From a virus: a stretch of DNA of 64,000 nt. This document shows positions 38,944 through 49,400 of the stretch, piece by piece (the first letter of the stretch is position 1; every line of letters begins with the position of its first letter). A model generated the notes under the pieces. It worked only from the letters and a program-made list of their open reading frames with translations, was not told where the DNA came from and searched no databases. The position numbers and the translations under genes were made by a program. Where the stretch lies: the IMG/VR virus record IMGVR_UViG_3300030450_002944, positions 17,308 through 81,307 of that record; one strand, written 5' to 3'.

Positions 38944-39467
38944 TGGAGATAAACGATGAATTAATTAGGCAATGGGAACCTAAAATTCATAAAATGCTCC
39001 AAACATCGTATGTAATTGGGTATGATCGTGATGATCTTGCTCAAGAACTTAGAATTGCTATTATGAAAGCAGCTAAATCCTTTAACCCAGAGCGAGGTGT
39101 AATCTTTCATACCTATTTACATACTACAATGGTTAATACTATTAGAACTTTAATATCAAAAGCACAGAAGAAACCTGTGACTGTTAGTTATGATGAACGC
39201 TTTTATGGTGATGATTCCGATATTTTACCTAAGAAACTTGGCGAAGCCTTAACATATGCCGAGGATTGGGAAATATTAGAATTATATGATGAACTAGAGA
39301 AGTTTAATCTAACTGATAGAGAGAAAAGATTTATAGAATTAAGATTAGAAGGTTGGACCATGGATGAAATTTCCACTGATTTAGAGAAATCTGCCTATAG
39401 AATTAGACAAAATTTAAGAATAAAAGTAGAGAATATTTTTTATGGTAAAGAAACAGAAAAGGATTGA
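38943..39467 (+). CDS. Phage sigma70-family RNA polymerase sigma factor
   Basis: Region 2 (DDLAQE..IAIMKAA.SFNPERG..F.TY) and region 4 (LTDREK.FI.LR..GWT.DEIS). Confidence 0.85.
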   Translation: MEINDELIRQWEPKIHKMLQTSYVIGYDRDDLAQELRIAIMKAAKSFNPERGVIFHTYLHTTMVNTIRTLISKAQKKPVTVSYDERFYGDDSDILPKKLGEALTYAEDWEILELYDELEKFNLTDREKRFIELRLEGWTMDEISTDLEKSAYRIRQNLRIKVENIFYGKETEKD

Positions 39468-39867
39468 TCAATATAATTCTAAAGATTTATTTGAAGATTT
39501 TAAGACCCTATATGCTCGTAAACATAAGAAAGAATATGAGCCCAAGAACTTTATTGGGAATGAGCTAAAGTCTTTAAAAATTTTATTAGATAAATACTCA
39601 GCCTATGAAATATTATCGGCTATTTATAACTGTATTTCAAAGAATACGGACAATATCTCTGTGAATTATTTCGCAGGGGGTGTTAAATACTACTTAACTG
39701 ACCATGATCCTAAGTTGTATTGGTCAGTTATGTCCTCTCCAGATCCTATGATTAAAAAGAAATGGAGACTTTTTACTATTCTAAACTCAAAATGGTTACC
39801 TACTGCCACAGATAAGAAGAGGCTTGAAGCTCTTGAACAAGAATTGCAGGAGGTTTTATCTAAATGA
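39442..39867 (+). CDS. Hypothetical replication-associated protein
   Basis: Position upstream of the helicase. Confidence 0.6.
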   Translation: MVKKQKRIDQYNSKDLFEDFKTLYARKHKKEYEPKNFIGNELKSLKILLDKYSAYEILSAIYNCISKNTDNISVNYFAGGVKYYLTDHDPKLYWSVMSSPDPMIKKKWRLFTILNSKWLPTATDKKRLEALEQELQEVLSK

Positions 39868-40115
39868 GATCTAAAAGAAAAGGGGGGTTGACACAGACTA
39901 CCCAAAAAGTGTATAATAGTAATATAGATAATAAATATAATAGTAAATATAGAGTTATTAGTATACATAATATAACAAAACATATAATGATTATTGGAGT
40001 ATATGATTGTTTAGAAGCAGCTAAGTTAATAGCAGAAGATATGTCTAAACAAGACGATTTAAAATGTTATGTACATAGTGACGACAACAGAGTTTTACAT
40101 ATAGCAGGGGAGTAA
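39864..40115 (+). CDS. Small hypothetical protein (start uncertain)
   Basis: Promoter TTGACA-N18-TATAAT (39888-39917) lies inside the 5' part, so the real start is probably later. Confidence 0.45.
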   Translation: MRSKRKGGLTQTTQKVYNSNIDNKYNSKYRVISIHNITKHIMIIGVYDCLEAAKLIAEDMSKQDDLKCYVHSDDNRVLHIAGE

Positions 40116-40116
40116 T

Positions 40117-41370
40117 ATGGAAAGTTATGAATATATAGAGTCTGGGATTGTACTAAATCTAGACAGTAAGGAATCTTTACGAAAGTTTAAACATTCTTCT
40201 AAGGATTTTGCTAAACATGGAGACGCATTAAAATTCATCAATAAACATTTTGATGATTATGGAAGCTTTCCATCAACTGATACCTTAGTTGAGAATTTTC
40301 CTACAATTGACACTACTGCAAATAGTTTAAATTTAGATTATGCAATTGACTCTTTTAAAAGTCAAGTCTTATTTAGAAATATTGTTTCTTCATTTCAGTC
40401 AAATAAAGATTTATTAAAAGAAGATCCTAAGAAAGCTCTCTCATATATTCAATCTAACTTAAATGATATAGAAGTTGTTTACGATGAAGATGTAATTTCA
40501 TATGATTCAGCAGCAGATGGAAGATTTGATGCATGGCAGGCTAGAAGTAAGAAACGAAAGATGGGGGAAGGTATGATGGGTATACCAACACCTTTCAAGT
40601 CTTTGAATAAAACAGGTGTAGGATGGATGCCGGGAGAATTAATTGCAATGTTTGCTAGACCAACTGTTGGTAAAACATGGATGTGTATTCAAGTAGCAGC
40701 AACTGCAATGATGAATGGACATAAAACACTTATGATTTCTACAGAAATGCCTGTAGATGCTATTAGCTTAAGAGCAGATGTTGTCTTAGCTAATATGATG
40801 GGATACAAATTCTCTCATTCAGCTCTTAGAACAGGTAAACCCATAGATGAAGATAAGTATAAAGAATTTTTACAGAAATTAAATGGACGACCATTATTAA
40901 TATGTGATCATATTCAAGGAGAAAGCAGTATATCATTAGAAAGTATTGCTGCATTAATAAGAAAACACAATCCAGACTTAGTTGTTTTGGATGGAATTTA
41001 TTTAGTATCATCGGGAGATGGTAGAAAAGCAATGTGGGAACAGTCCCATTCATTGTTTTATGGTATGAAGACTCTTGCTCTTAGTACTAATACTCCTGTA
41101 TTCGTTTCTACACAAGCTACTAGGGAAGCTGCAAATATGTTTGAGCCACCTAGAGCAGATCAAGTTGCATTTGGGGATGCTTTAATTCGTTCTTCAGATG
41201 TTGCAATGGCAATGTGTAGAGTTGAGAATGAGGAAGATAAGAGATTAGTTCAATACCAAAAATACAGAGATGGAGTCCTTGCATCTGATGTTTCTATTAT
41301 GGATTGGGATGTGGATAGAGGGCGTATAGAAGAAACAGATGAGGATATCTGGAGCAACGATAGCTTTTAA
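40117..41370 (+). CDS. dnaB: DnaB-like replicative helicase
   Basis: ARPTVGKT Walker A, ISTEM, VVLDGIYL, STQ, KYRDG. Confidence 0.9.
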   Translation: MESYEYIESGIVLNLDSKESLRKFKHSSKDFAKHGDALKFINKHFDDYGSFPSTDTLVENFPTIDTTANSLNLDYAIDSFKSQVLFRNIVSSFQSNKDLLKEDPKKALSYIQSNLNDIEVVYDEDVISYDSAADGRFDAWQARSKKRKMGEGMMGIPTPFKSLNKTGVGWMPGELIAMFARPTVGKTWMCIQVAATAMMNGHKTLMISTEMPVDAISLRADVVLANMMGYKFSHSALRTGKPIDEDKYKEFLQKLNGRPLLICDHIQGESSISLESIAALIRKHNPDLVVLDGIYLVSSGDGRKAMWEQSHSLFYGMKTLALSTNTPVFVSTQATREAANMFEPPRADQVAFGDALIRSSDVAMAMCRVENEEDKRLVQYQKYRDGVLASDVSIMDWDVDRGRIEETDEDIWSNDSF

Positions 41371-41379
41371 GGAGGCGAT

Positions 41380-41571
41380 ATGAAAGTTCTAGGAATGATT
41401 ATGAAATATTACTCTCTCTTTAATAAGTACTCAGACGTAATACCTGAATTGGTTAAGCTTGTAGATACTGCAGTAAAAGCAGTTGAAGACAAAAAGATCA
41501 GTAAGGCAGAACAGAGTGCTTTGATGAAAGAGTATTGGAACGTAATTAACAAAATAAAAGAGGCAAAATAA
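41380..41571 (+). CDS. Small helical protein
   Basis: GGAGG RBS. Confidence 0.7.
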   Translation: MKVLGMIMKYYSLFNKYSDVIPELVKLVDTAVKAVEDKKISKAEQSALMKEYWNVINKIKEAK

Positions 41572-42434
41572 TGATAGATTGGGCACAAGTGCTATTAGAT
41601 ACAGGAATTGATGTACCTGAAGACTATGATGAGTTTTCAATAAGATGTCCATTCCATGATGATGGTGTCGCTTCATGCTCAATCAATATCGAAAAAGGGT
41701 TGTGGATATGCTTCGCAGGGTGTGGTCAAGGAAGTCTAAAGAATTTTCTTAGAAAATATCTAGATTGTAATGGAGTAGAGCTAGAAAAATTATTAGTTGA
41801 TAGTCAAATGGATTTTTCCATTAACTTCTTTGATGATTTAGTAGCTACTATTGAAGAACGAGAAGAGTTTTTTATGAAAGCAGATACATCAAAACATCCA
41901 AGTTGGATATTTGATAGAGGTTTCTCTGAAGAAACCCTGAAAGAGTGGGGTTGTGGAACAACAGAATACAATGATTTAGTAATTCCAATTCATGACTTGG
42001 AGTCAAATCTAGTTGGATCAGTAACAAGAAGGGTAAATGCTACCCCAAAGTACATGTATTCAAAAGGATTAAAGAAATCACAGGTCATATTTGGAGCACA
42101 TAAGTTAACTGAACCTAAAAAATACGTCTGTATTACAGAGGGGTCACTTGATACAATGTGGTTAAATCAAAAGGGTTATCCAAGTGTAGCTATTCTAGGA
42201 GCAACTATGTCTAGAGCACAATTGGATATTCTGCGATCATTAAGAACAGAAGAATATATCTTATGTTTCGATAATGATGAGGCAGGACAAAGGGCGATAT
42301 CGAAAGCAATGCTTGACATATCAACCAGCTTTATGGTATCATATATAAAGATGCCGAAAAAATATAAGGACGTACAAGATGTACGTTCCGAGGCATTACT
42401 CAAAGAAGTAATAGCAAAACGACATTATTGGTAA
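41571..42434 (+). CDS. dnaG: DNA primase (CHC2 Zn finger + TOPRIM)
   Basis: CPFHDD...CFAGC; ITEGSLD; FDNDEAG. Confidence 0.9.
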   Translation: MIDWAQVLLDTGIDVPEDYDEFSIRCPFHDDGVASCSINIEKGLWICFAGCGQGSLKNFLRKYLDCNGVELEKLLVDSQMDFSINFFDDLVATIEEREEFFMKADTSKHPSWIFDRGFSEETLKEWGCGTTEYNDLVIPIHDLESNLVGSVTRRVNATPKYMYSKGLKKSQVIFGAHKLTEPKKYVCITEGSLDTMWLNQKGYPSVAILGATMSRAQLDILRSLRTEEYILCFDNDEAGQRAISKAMLDISTSFMVSYIKMPKKYKDVQDVRSEALLKEVIAKRHYW

Positions 42435-42447
42435 AGGAGGATTTACT

Positions 42448-43134
42448 ATGTCAGGAATAGCAAAAATTTTGCAAAAGAGAGAAGCCATATTAAATCCATC
42501 AGATAATCAATCTTTTGGTAAAGAGATTTGGTTTAAAGATGGAGATCAAGCATTTCTTACTCCAGTGGCTTCAGGAGAAGAAGGGGATGCTTTATTAGAT
42601 GAAATCTATCTGTATACATACAGATCAGGTAATAGGTGGATTAACCTATTATCAGACGATTCAGTCGACTCAAGTGCTGTACCATCTGATTCTAGACCAT
42701 CACATAAGTTTGCCTTTTGGGCATACGTTCACGAAATTATCCACACTGAAAAGAAAATGGATGATTGGGAAGAAGTTGAAGGTCCAGCTGGCAAGAAGAT
42801 GTACAAACAAGTCGTAGATGACTTTAAAGTTGTACCTCTAGGGTTTGGAAGAAGTGATTACGTTTGGAACCAGATTGTAGACATCTACAATGATTGGGGA
42901 AATCTAAATAAAGGTGTAATTAGGATCAAGAGAACAGGTGCAGGAATGTATGATACTTCATATACTATTGCAGCAACTACTAGATCATCAGACATACCTG
43001 AAGACAAACAGCCTGAAATCAGTGACTTACCATCTATCAAAGACTATTACATGGATAGATATGGTAACACACCTGAAACTGAAGACACAAATAACTCATT
43101 TAGTACTGATGATACAGAGGATGATTTATTTTAA
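42448..43134 (+). CDS. Single-stranded DNA-binding protein (phage type)
   Basis: IKRTGAG..DTSY motif, acidic tail ending DDLF, between primase and polymerase. Confidence 0.7.
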   Translation: MSGIAKILQKREAILNPSDNQSFGKEIWFKDGDQAFLTPVASGEEGDALLDEIYLYTYRSGNRWINLLSDDSVDSSAVPSDSRPSHKFAFWAYVHEIIHTEKKMDDWEEVEGPAGKKMYKQVVDDFKVVPLGFGRSDYVWNQIVDIYNDWGNLNKGVIRIKRTGAGMYDTSYTIAATTRSSDIPEDKQPEISDLPSIKDYYMDRYGNTPETEDTNNSFSTDDTEDDLF

Positions 43135-45135
43135 ATGCTAGTAAGAGATCAAAATACATTTAACAAGGTTCTACCTACACTTAACAATCATACTGTGGTA
43201 GTGGATGTAGAGACAAATGGTTTTGATTCTTATGGTATAAATCAAATTTGTGGAATCGGAGTCGGATTTGTAGACAACTTAGACTCGTACTACTTCCCTT
43301 TCCGACATCAACAAGTAGGAAATAACCTTCCTAGCGAGTGTTTAGATACCCTCATCGAGTGGTTAAATCAATCCAAGCACCTTGTTGGTTACAACATCAA
43401 GTTCGATCTTCGATTCCTTGAAAAAGAAGGACTATTAGTTGAAGACAAGACTTTAATTGATGTACTCACGATGGTTCGTTTGACTGAACCATCCACAGTT
43501 AAAGACTTGGATCTCACTAATACGATAAAAAGAAGCTATGGGGAAAGTCATGCAAGCTATGATTTAGAGACAAAAAAAGTTTTACGCTCTAATAAATGGA
43601 ATAAGGATTTTTCCCTAGCTCCTATAGAAGTTTTAGGACCATATTGTGAAAAAGATGTGCTCTATACTGCAAAACTTTTTAATGATAGATTAGAAGTCAT
43701 TAAAAAATCTAAACAGTTAGACGTATTTAAATCTCAAATGGAATTGACTAAAGTTCTGTATGTTATGGAAGGGCATGGAATTAAAATAGATAACAACTAT
43801 GTGCATGAAACTATGCTCAAACTAGAGAAACGTAAGGATGAGATTAAAAAAAGAGTTTTAGATCTTGCAGGGAAGGAATTTAATCTTAATAGTACACAAC
43901 AACTAGGGGAAGTACTTAATGAAAGAGGTATAAAATCTCCTGAGAAGACTGCAAAAGGACAACAGTCATGGAATGAAGCTGCGTTAGTACAAATAAATGA
44001 TCCGATTGCTGGATATGTACGTCAATATAGAGCTTTAGAGAAATTGAGGTCTACATATTTAGAGCCTTTCTCGGTAAAGAACGAATTACATACAACTTTT
44101 TGTAATTGGGGTACTTTAACAGGAAGACTATCATCTAGGAATCCAAATTTGCAGAACATTCCTCGAAACCATTTCAATCTAATGGATAAAAAGTTAACTG
44201 AGGAAGATAAGAAAGAATTGAAAAGTAGAATTAATGCTACATTAGCTGCCAAAGGGCAAACAAGTAGAGTTGAAGGATTAAGTGATGAGGTTTTAAATAC
44301 TTGGACGTTTGTTGGAGACGAATCTTTTGATAAATCACAAGAAGGGCAGATAGCAATTAGGAATTTATTTGTACCAAGAGATGATTATAAGTTAGTTTCG
44401 TTTGATTATTCTCAAATGGAAGTAAGAGTATTCTTAAGCTATCTTCAAAATGAAGAAGTTAATCAAATGTTGACTAAATCAAATGTAGATTTTCATGGGG
44501 AAGCAGCAAAATTAGCATTTAATGTAACTGAAGATGATGAAACATTTAAAATGTTTAGGCAAACTGCTAAGAGTATTACATTTGGAACTATATATGGTAT
44601 AGGAAATCAAAAGTTAGGTATTCAATTAGGTGTTCCAGCTCAAGAAGCTGCCGCTTATAAGAAAAGATACTTTGATGGTATTAAGGGTTCAAGAGAATTT
44701 TTTAATGCAGTAGTGAGGAAAGTAGAATTATTAGGACAAATAAAGAATAAATATGGTAGGGTTTATCAAATTCCTAAGAATTTAGGATACAAAGGGATAA
44801 ACTATCTTGTACAAGGCACAAGTGCCGACATTCTTAATGAAAGAATGATACAAGTACATAAATTATTAGAAAACTTTAAGAGTAATTTACTTTTACAAGT
44901 GCATGATGAAATAATATGTGAGATACATAAGGATGAAATGGAGACATTGCCAAACTTAATTAGGGATGTTTTAGTAGAGAATACTTTACGCATACCTTTA
45001 GAAGTTGATATAGAAATATGCGAACCATCATGGGCAGTAAAAAAAGATTATTTTAAAAAAGAAGAGTCTATACAGGAAGAACCTGTAGTAGAAGTAAAAG
45101 AAAAAGAATTAGCATATAGTATAGATTGGAGCTAA
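43135..45135 (+). CDS. polA: Family A DNA polymerase with 3'-5' exonuclease
   Basis: DVETNG, YNIKFD, TGRLSS.NPNLQNIP, DYSQME, KSITFGTIYG, VHDE. Confidence 0.95.
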   Translation: MLVRDQNTFNKVLPTLNNHTVVVDVETNGFDSYGINQICGIGVGFVDNLDSYYFPFRHQQVGNNLPSECLDTLIEWLNQSKHLVGYNIKFDLRFLEKEGLLVEDKTLIDVLTMVRLTEPSTVKDLDLTNTIKRSYGESHASYDLETKKVLRSNKWNKDFSLAPIEVLGPYCEKDVLYTAKLFNDRLEVIKKSKQLDVFKSQMELTKVLYVMEGHGIKIDNNYVHETMLKLEKRKDEIKKRVLDLAGKEFNLNSTQQLGEVLNERGIKSPEKTAKGQQSWNEAALVQINDPIAGYVRQYRALEKLRSTYLEPFSVKNELHTTFCNWGTLTGRLSSRNPNLQNIPRNHFNLMDKKLTEEDKKELKSRINATLAAKGQTSRVEGLSDEVLNTWTFVGDESFDKSQEGQIAIRNLFVPRDDYKLVSFDYSQMEVRVFLSYLQNEEVNQMLTKSNVDFHGEAAKLAFNVTEDDETFKMFRQTAKSITFGTIYGIGNQKLGIQLGVPAQEAAAYKKRYFDGIKGSREFFNAVVRKVELLGQIKNKYGRVYQIPKNLGYKGINYLVQGTSADILNERMIQVHKLLENFKSNLLLQVHDEIICEIHKDEMETLPNLIRDVLVENTLRIPLEVDIEICEPSWAVKKDYFKKEESIQEEPVVEVKEKELAYSIDWS

Positions 45136-45136
45136 C

Positions 45137-45319
45137 ATGGAAGTTACAGCAAAGAATAATGAACCCTTTGAAAAGCTTATGAAGCGTTTTACAAAGAAAG
45201 TTCAAAAAGAAGGTTTATTAGAGACTTATAGGGATCATTTAGTATTTGAGCCTAAGAGTGTTAAAAGACAACAACAAAAAGCGAATAAGCTAAGAAAGAG
45301 TAGACAAAATGAATCTTAA
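45137..45319 (+). CDS. rpsU: Ribosomal protein bS21
   Basis: EPFEKLMKRFTKKVQKEGLL......FEPKSVKR. Confidence 0.85.
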   Translation: MEVTAKNNEPFEKLMKRFTKKVQKEGLLETYRDHLVFEPKSVKRQQQKANKLRKSRQNES

Positions 45320-45629
45320 TGAAAAATTAGAGAAATTTTTAGAGTCAACCGAAGAAGAAGTAATGTTATATGATGATTACGAAGATGCATTTATAGGGTT
45401 AGGATATCAACAATATAATGGTCCTATTGCTATATATGATGCATCAAAGTGTATTGAAATCTTAACTAATAATTTTATGGATGATCCTGATTGTGACGAT
45501 TGGGATGATGCAAATGAAATGGCTGTAGAATATTTTGATTATAATAGTGTTGGAGCATGGTATGGGGACAAAACACCCATATTCATAATGACAACAAATG
45601 AAGATATAAACGAACACATAGGAGAATAA
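45309..45629 (+). CDS. Conserved phage protein (AVEYFDYN..GAW.G..TP motif)
   Basis: Motif recognisable from environmental phages; function unknown. Confidence 0.75.
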   Translation: MNLNEKLEKFLESTEEEVMLYDDYEDAFIGLGYQQYNGPIAIYDASKCIEILTNNFMDDPDCDDWDDANEMAVEYFDYNSVGAWYGDKTPIFIMTTNEDINEHIGE

Positions 45630-45630
45630 T

Positions 45631-46050
45631 ATGGTAGGATCATGGAAAAACCCTGACTTTAAAGGAGACTTTACACAAGGAGAATGGGATGATAAAAAAG
45701 CAAATTATCCGGATCTAAGTTGGGATGAGTATCGAAAAATAAAAAAGACTGAAGAAGAATTAATTGCTGAAGTCGATATAAAAATGCCGGAAGAAGAACT
45801 TGTAGAAGTACAAACAAAAAAATATAGTTTTAAAGAAGCTTATGAAAGAGATAATGCAGTAGATCCAGAACATTATCATTTCGCTATAGAACCATGGAAA
45901 TTTATAGCTGAGAATAACCTTGACTTTGCTCAAGGCAATGTGGTAAAATATATATGTAGATATAAATATAAGAATGGTATTGAAGACCTTAAGAAGGCAA
46001 AACAATACATAGATATGCTAATTGATAAGGAGGAAAATGCCGATAACTAA
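45631..46050 (+). CDS. DUF3310-family protein
   Basis: VDPEHY...GNVVKYICRY..KNGIEDLKKA..Y. Confidence 0.85.
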   Translation: MVGSWKNPDFKGDFTQGEWDDKKANYPDLSWDEYRKIKKTEEELIAEVDIKMPEEELVEVQTKKYSFKEAYERDNAVDPEHYHFAIEPWKFIAENNLDFAQGNVVKYICRYKYKNGIEDLKKAKQYIDMLIDKEENADN

Positions 46051-46426
46051 CCCTGTACAAAGAGGTGATGGTATTATCATAGGAAAATATTATTCAGATA
46101 AAAATATTTTTGTTAGAAAACTTAACTATAAAAGCCATATTTTCAGAAAAACTAATTCATCAACTTTTGATGAAAATGTAATAAAACACTTAGAAGCATA
46201 TGTAGATTATTATGACAATGCTTTAGAAGAATTAGTTATGGTAAATGAGTATAAAGACAAACCTTATAATCATTCAATAACTTATAAAGAATTTTTAAAA
46301 TGTACAGATAATAAAGAAAATTTAATATTCCATCATGGGAAGAATATAGGTAAATATAAACCTAGATATAAACAATATGAAATCCCTATAGAGAATATGG
46401 TAAAGGAAACAAATGGCAAGACGTAA
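46037..46426 (+). CDS. Hypothetical protein
   Basis: GGAGG RBS before ATG at 46037 (track start 46022). Confidence 0.7.
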   Translation: MPITNPVQRGDGIIIGKYYSDKNIFVRKLNYKSHIFRKTNSSTFDENVIKHLEAYVDYYDNALEELVMVNEYKDKPYNHSITYKEFLKCTDNKENLIFHHGKNIGKYKPRYKQYEIPIENMVKETNGKT

Positions 46427-46571
46427 TTGGAGTAAATGTTATGACTGTGGTAAAAAAATAAATACTAAACGCAATGCCATCTCAAGACATGGGCATGGTT
46501 GTGAGGCGTGTTGGTTAAAGAAAAGAAGAAAAGAACGTAGAGAAGAAAGGAGGGCTATAACAAATGGCTAA
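46413..46571 (+). CDS. Small basic Zn-finger peptide (52 aa)
   Basis: Read manually: MARRNWSKCYDCGKK...CEACW...; fills the operon gap. Confidence 0.6.
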   Translation: MARRNWSKCYDCGKKINTKRNAISRHGHGCEACWLKKRRKERREERRAITNG

Positions 46572-46788
46572 AGTAGGAGTGAAATTAGGCTTTACTTATA
46601 GAGTAGGAGATCTAAATAATAATCAATATGGAAGGATAGATGTAGATATACATGATATAGATACAGAACTACCATTAGATGAGCAATTAGATAAATCCAA
46701 AGAGTATGCTGATAAAATATTTGAATCAGTAAAAAGCAAAATAGACAACAGTTTAGATGAAATATTGGGGGAATCAAATAATGAATGA
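46564..46788 (+). CDS. Small hypothetical protein
   Basis: GGAGG RBS. Confidence 0.75.
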   Translation: MAKVGVKLGFTYRVGDLNNNQYGRIDVDIHDIDTELPLDEQLDKSKEYADKIFESVKSKIDNSLDEILGESNNE

Positions 46789-47029
46789 GATTATTAGAGC
46801 TAAAGTATTAGAGGATGTACTTGCAGAACGAGAACGTCAAGATGGGATGTATGGAGATCAAACTAAACATTCAGATCAGTATTGGAATGTAATTGCAACT
46901 GAAGAAAATGGAGAAGTAGCTAGAGCTATATGGGAAGAAGATGATGGACATATGTACGAAGAAATAATTCAATGTGCAGCTGTTTATTTCGCATGGGCAG
47001 AAGCAATTAGAAAACGAGGTGATAGATGA
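46781..47029 (+). CDS. MazG-like nucleotide pyrophosphohydrolase
   Basis: ERERQD..YG...EENGEVARA...EEIIQ.AAV. Confidence 0.75.
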   Translation: MNEIIRAKVLEDVLAERERQDGMYGDQTKHSDQYWNVIATEENGEVARAIWEEDDGHMYEEIIQCAAVYFAWAEAIRKRGDR

Positions 47030-47967
47030 AAGATAATGCAGAAAAAGCAATACAAGAATTACTAAAAGATAAAAATCTTAATCTAACAATGGGAGATAGT
47101 AATGTATTTGATTATGGTAGGATACCTTTTGGCATACCTGCTCTTGATACATTGACTGGTGGTGGTATACCAAAGAAGAGAATGACTTTAATTTATGGTC
47201 CAACCAATGTTGGAAAGTCCTATTTATCGTCACAGATAGTTGCTCAAGTCCAGAAACAAGGTGGTAGAGCCGCATGGATTGACACAGAATTATCTTGGGA
47301 TGCAGACTGGATGACTAAGTGTGGTATAGATGCAAGTTCAGTGGTAGTTGGACAACCATCAAGTGGTGAACAAGCTATGGATTCCATTAAAGCATTAGCG
47401 ACATCAGGAGAATTTGATGCTATTATATTAGATAGTATTGCAGGTTTAGTACCTGCTCAAAATATGGACGAAGATTTTTCATTTAGTCCTATGGCTTGGC
47501 AAGCAAGATTTGTCAATTCATCTTTACCTAGGTTGTTACCTAGCTTACATAATGGAACTGCTTTGATTTGTATAAATCAAGTTAGAGCTAGTATGGGACC
47601 TGTTGCATTACAAAATATGCCGGGTGGTAAAGCTCAATCTTTCTTCGCTCATTTCTTACTAGAAGTTAGAAGAAACGGGTGGATTGAAGAATCTGGTGAG
47701 AAAGTTGGATTTGATATGCAAGTAAGACTGCGAAAGACTAAAGTTGGTGGTCAGAACTGGAAAGCTGCCTCTGTTCCATTTAGAGTAGATGGTGGAATTG
47801 ATATACTAGAAAGTTTCATTAGAGAAGGCATTGAAAAAGGATTTGTTAAAAAAGCAGGAGCATGGTATACTTATAATGATGTAAAAGCACAGGGTATGAA
47901 TGGTCTTAAACAGATCTTTATTGATAGTCCAGAACTAGAGGAGCAGTTAATCAATGACGTTTCCTAG
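47026..47967 (+). CDS. recA: RecA-like recombinase
   Basis: GGGIP, YGPTNVGKS, IDTE, LDSIAGL, INQVR, PGGKA, AGAWY. Confidence 0.95.
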   Translation: MKDNAEKAIQELLKDKNLNLTMGDSNVFDYGRIPFGIPALDTLTGGGIPKKRMTLIYGPTNVGKSYLSSQIVAQVQKQGGRAAWIDTELSWDADWMTKCGIDASSVVVGQPSSGEQAMDSIKALATSGEFDAIILDSIAGLVPAQNMDEDFSFSPMAWQARFVNSSLPRLLPSLHNGTALICINQVRASMGPVALQNMPGGKAQSFFAHFLLEVRRNGWIEESGEKVGFDMQVRLRKTKVGGQNWKAASVPFRVDGGIDILESFIREGIEKGFVKKAGAWYTYNDVKAQGMNGLKQIFIDSPELEEQLINDVS

Positions 47968-48259
47968 AGATTATACTGACCAAGAATTGAAATTAGCTGA
48001 AGTTCTAGATCAAACTGGACTCAGGTACGAAACTCAAGCTCCATTTGGTAAATATACTGTAGATTTTTTTATTGATGAAATTAATACAGTTGTTGAAGCA
48101 GATGGGGTAATGGGACATTTAAGAAAAAAAGATAGGCAAAGAGATATTGAATTACACGAAATGGGTGTTACCAATATTATTCATATCAGATCTAAAACTA
48201 AAGAAGGTATTAAGGAGGAATTATGGCAGGCATTAAACAGCTTGGAAAAGCAAGCTTAG
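47954..48259 (+). CDS. DUF559/Vsr-like endonuclease
   Basis: Q...GKYTVDF.....VVEADG..H...D..RD. Confidence 0.85.
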   Translation: MTFPRDYTDQELKLAEVLDQTGLRYETQAPFGKYTVDFFIDEINTVVEADGVMGHLRKKDRQRDIELHEMGVTNIIHIRSKTKEGIKEELWQALNSLEKQA

Positions 48260-48903
48260 ATCCTAGAGGAAAACAAGATAGATGGCTATTAAAAGCTATT
48301 GATACATATTTAACGAAAAAACAATCTCCACCAAGACAGGGAGTATTTTTTCCATCTCTAGTCTCTAATCCTTGTGATAGATATGTCTTTATGGCATACA
48401 ATGGATTATTAGAATCTTCTACTATAGATGGTAATTTAAGTAGAATATTTGACAATGGTAGCTCTCTCGAAGATAGAGTTAATAAATACTTTTCAAATAT
48501 GGGTATTTTAGAAGGCAGAGAAGTATCTTTGAAGAGTACTCTACCACCTATTTCAGGACGTATGGACTTTCTTATTAAACATGAGAAGTATGGAAAAGTG
48601 CCTGTTGAATTAAAATCCATAAATACTAGAGGTTTTGAAAACTTAAGACAAGCTAAACCAGAGCATATATTACAATTACATACTTACATGAATTTATGGA
48701 ACGATAATCGTCAATTAACACCTGTAACACATGGAATAGTATTGTATGAAAACAAAAATGATCAGAAACTAAAAGCATTTTTACAAGAGCTTGACGATAA
48801 AATTTGGAATAATATAGTAACTAGACTACTTAAAATTATGGATATGCAAACCATACCTGAAAAATGTACAGGTGATAAGTGGTGTAAATGTAAGGAGGTA
48901 TAA
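48223..48903 (+). CDS. Cas4-like PD-(D/E)XK exonuclease
   Basis: PS....CDR, GRMD, VELKS, Q...Y, C-terminal C...WC.CK. Confidence 0.8.
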   Translation: MAGIKQLGKASLDPRGKQDRWLLKAIDTYLTKKQSPPRQGVFFPSLVSNPCDRYVFMAYNGLLESSTIDGNLSRIFDNGSSLEDRVNKYFSNMGILEGREVSLKSTLPPISGRMDFLIKHEKYGKVPVELKSINTRGFENLRQAKPEHILQLHTYMNLWNDNRQLTPVTHGIVLYENKNDQKLKAFLQELDDKIWNNIVTRLLKIMDMQTIPEKCTGDKWCKCKEV

Positions 48904-49400
48904 TGGAAGACGAGAAATGGACCCCAATAAAAGCATTGGGGAGAGCTAGGAAATCAATTAATGAATTAATGATTCCAGAGTTATCAATTGATAGATCAGA
49001 AAAACCTGAGTTAATTTTTTCTGATGTTTATAATGTAGATAATTCTAGATTAGAGGAATACTTAGTAATGTACAGTAGCTATAAAGCATATCTAGAGACT
49101 GAGATCTCTAGAAGAGAATCTGAAAGAAACGCATTAGAAGCTGCATTTGAAGAAGGGTACTCTAAAGCTATGTATACTCTATACCAAGAGAGAGAAAATG
49201 AAGGTAAAAAGAAGCCTGTAAAGGAAGAAATTAGAGGAGAAATATTCAGTAAATATCCGGGACTTGAAAGTCGAAGGAAAGAGATTATTGAAAAAGAAAT
49301 AGCTGTGAGAGAACTCTCAGGATTATTAAATACTTATACTACTGCTTATAATACAATAAGTAGGATAGTAGCTCTACGAACATATGGGGGTGAGAAATGA
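48903..49400 (+). CDS. Helical protein, possible recombination mediator (UvsY-like)
   Basis: All-helical, in the recombination cluster; inference from position and shape only. Confidence 0.4.
   Translation: MEDEKWTPIKALGRARKSINELMIPELSIDRSEKPELIFSDVYNVDNSRLEEYLVMYSSYKAYLETEISRRESERNALEAAFEEGYSKAMYTLYQERENEGKKKPVKEEIRGEIFSKYPGLESRRKEIIEKEIAVRELSGLLNTYTTAYNTISRIVALRTYGGEK

Noticed and set aside
48223-48903. Cas4-like gene as part of a CRISPR system
   Set aside because: It lies in the RecA/RuvC recombination cluster; stand-alone Cas4-like nucleases are common in phages.
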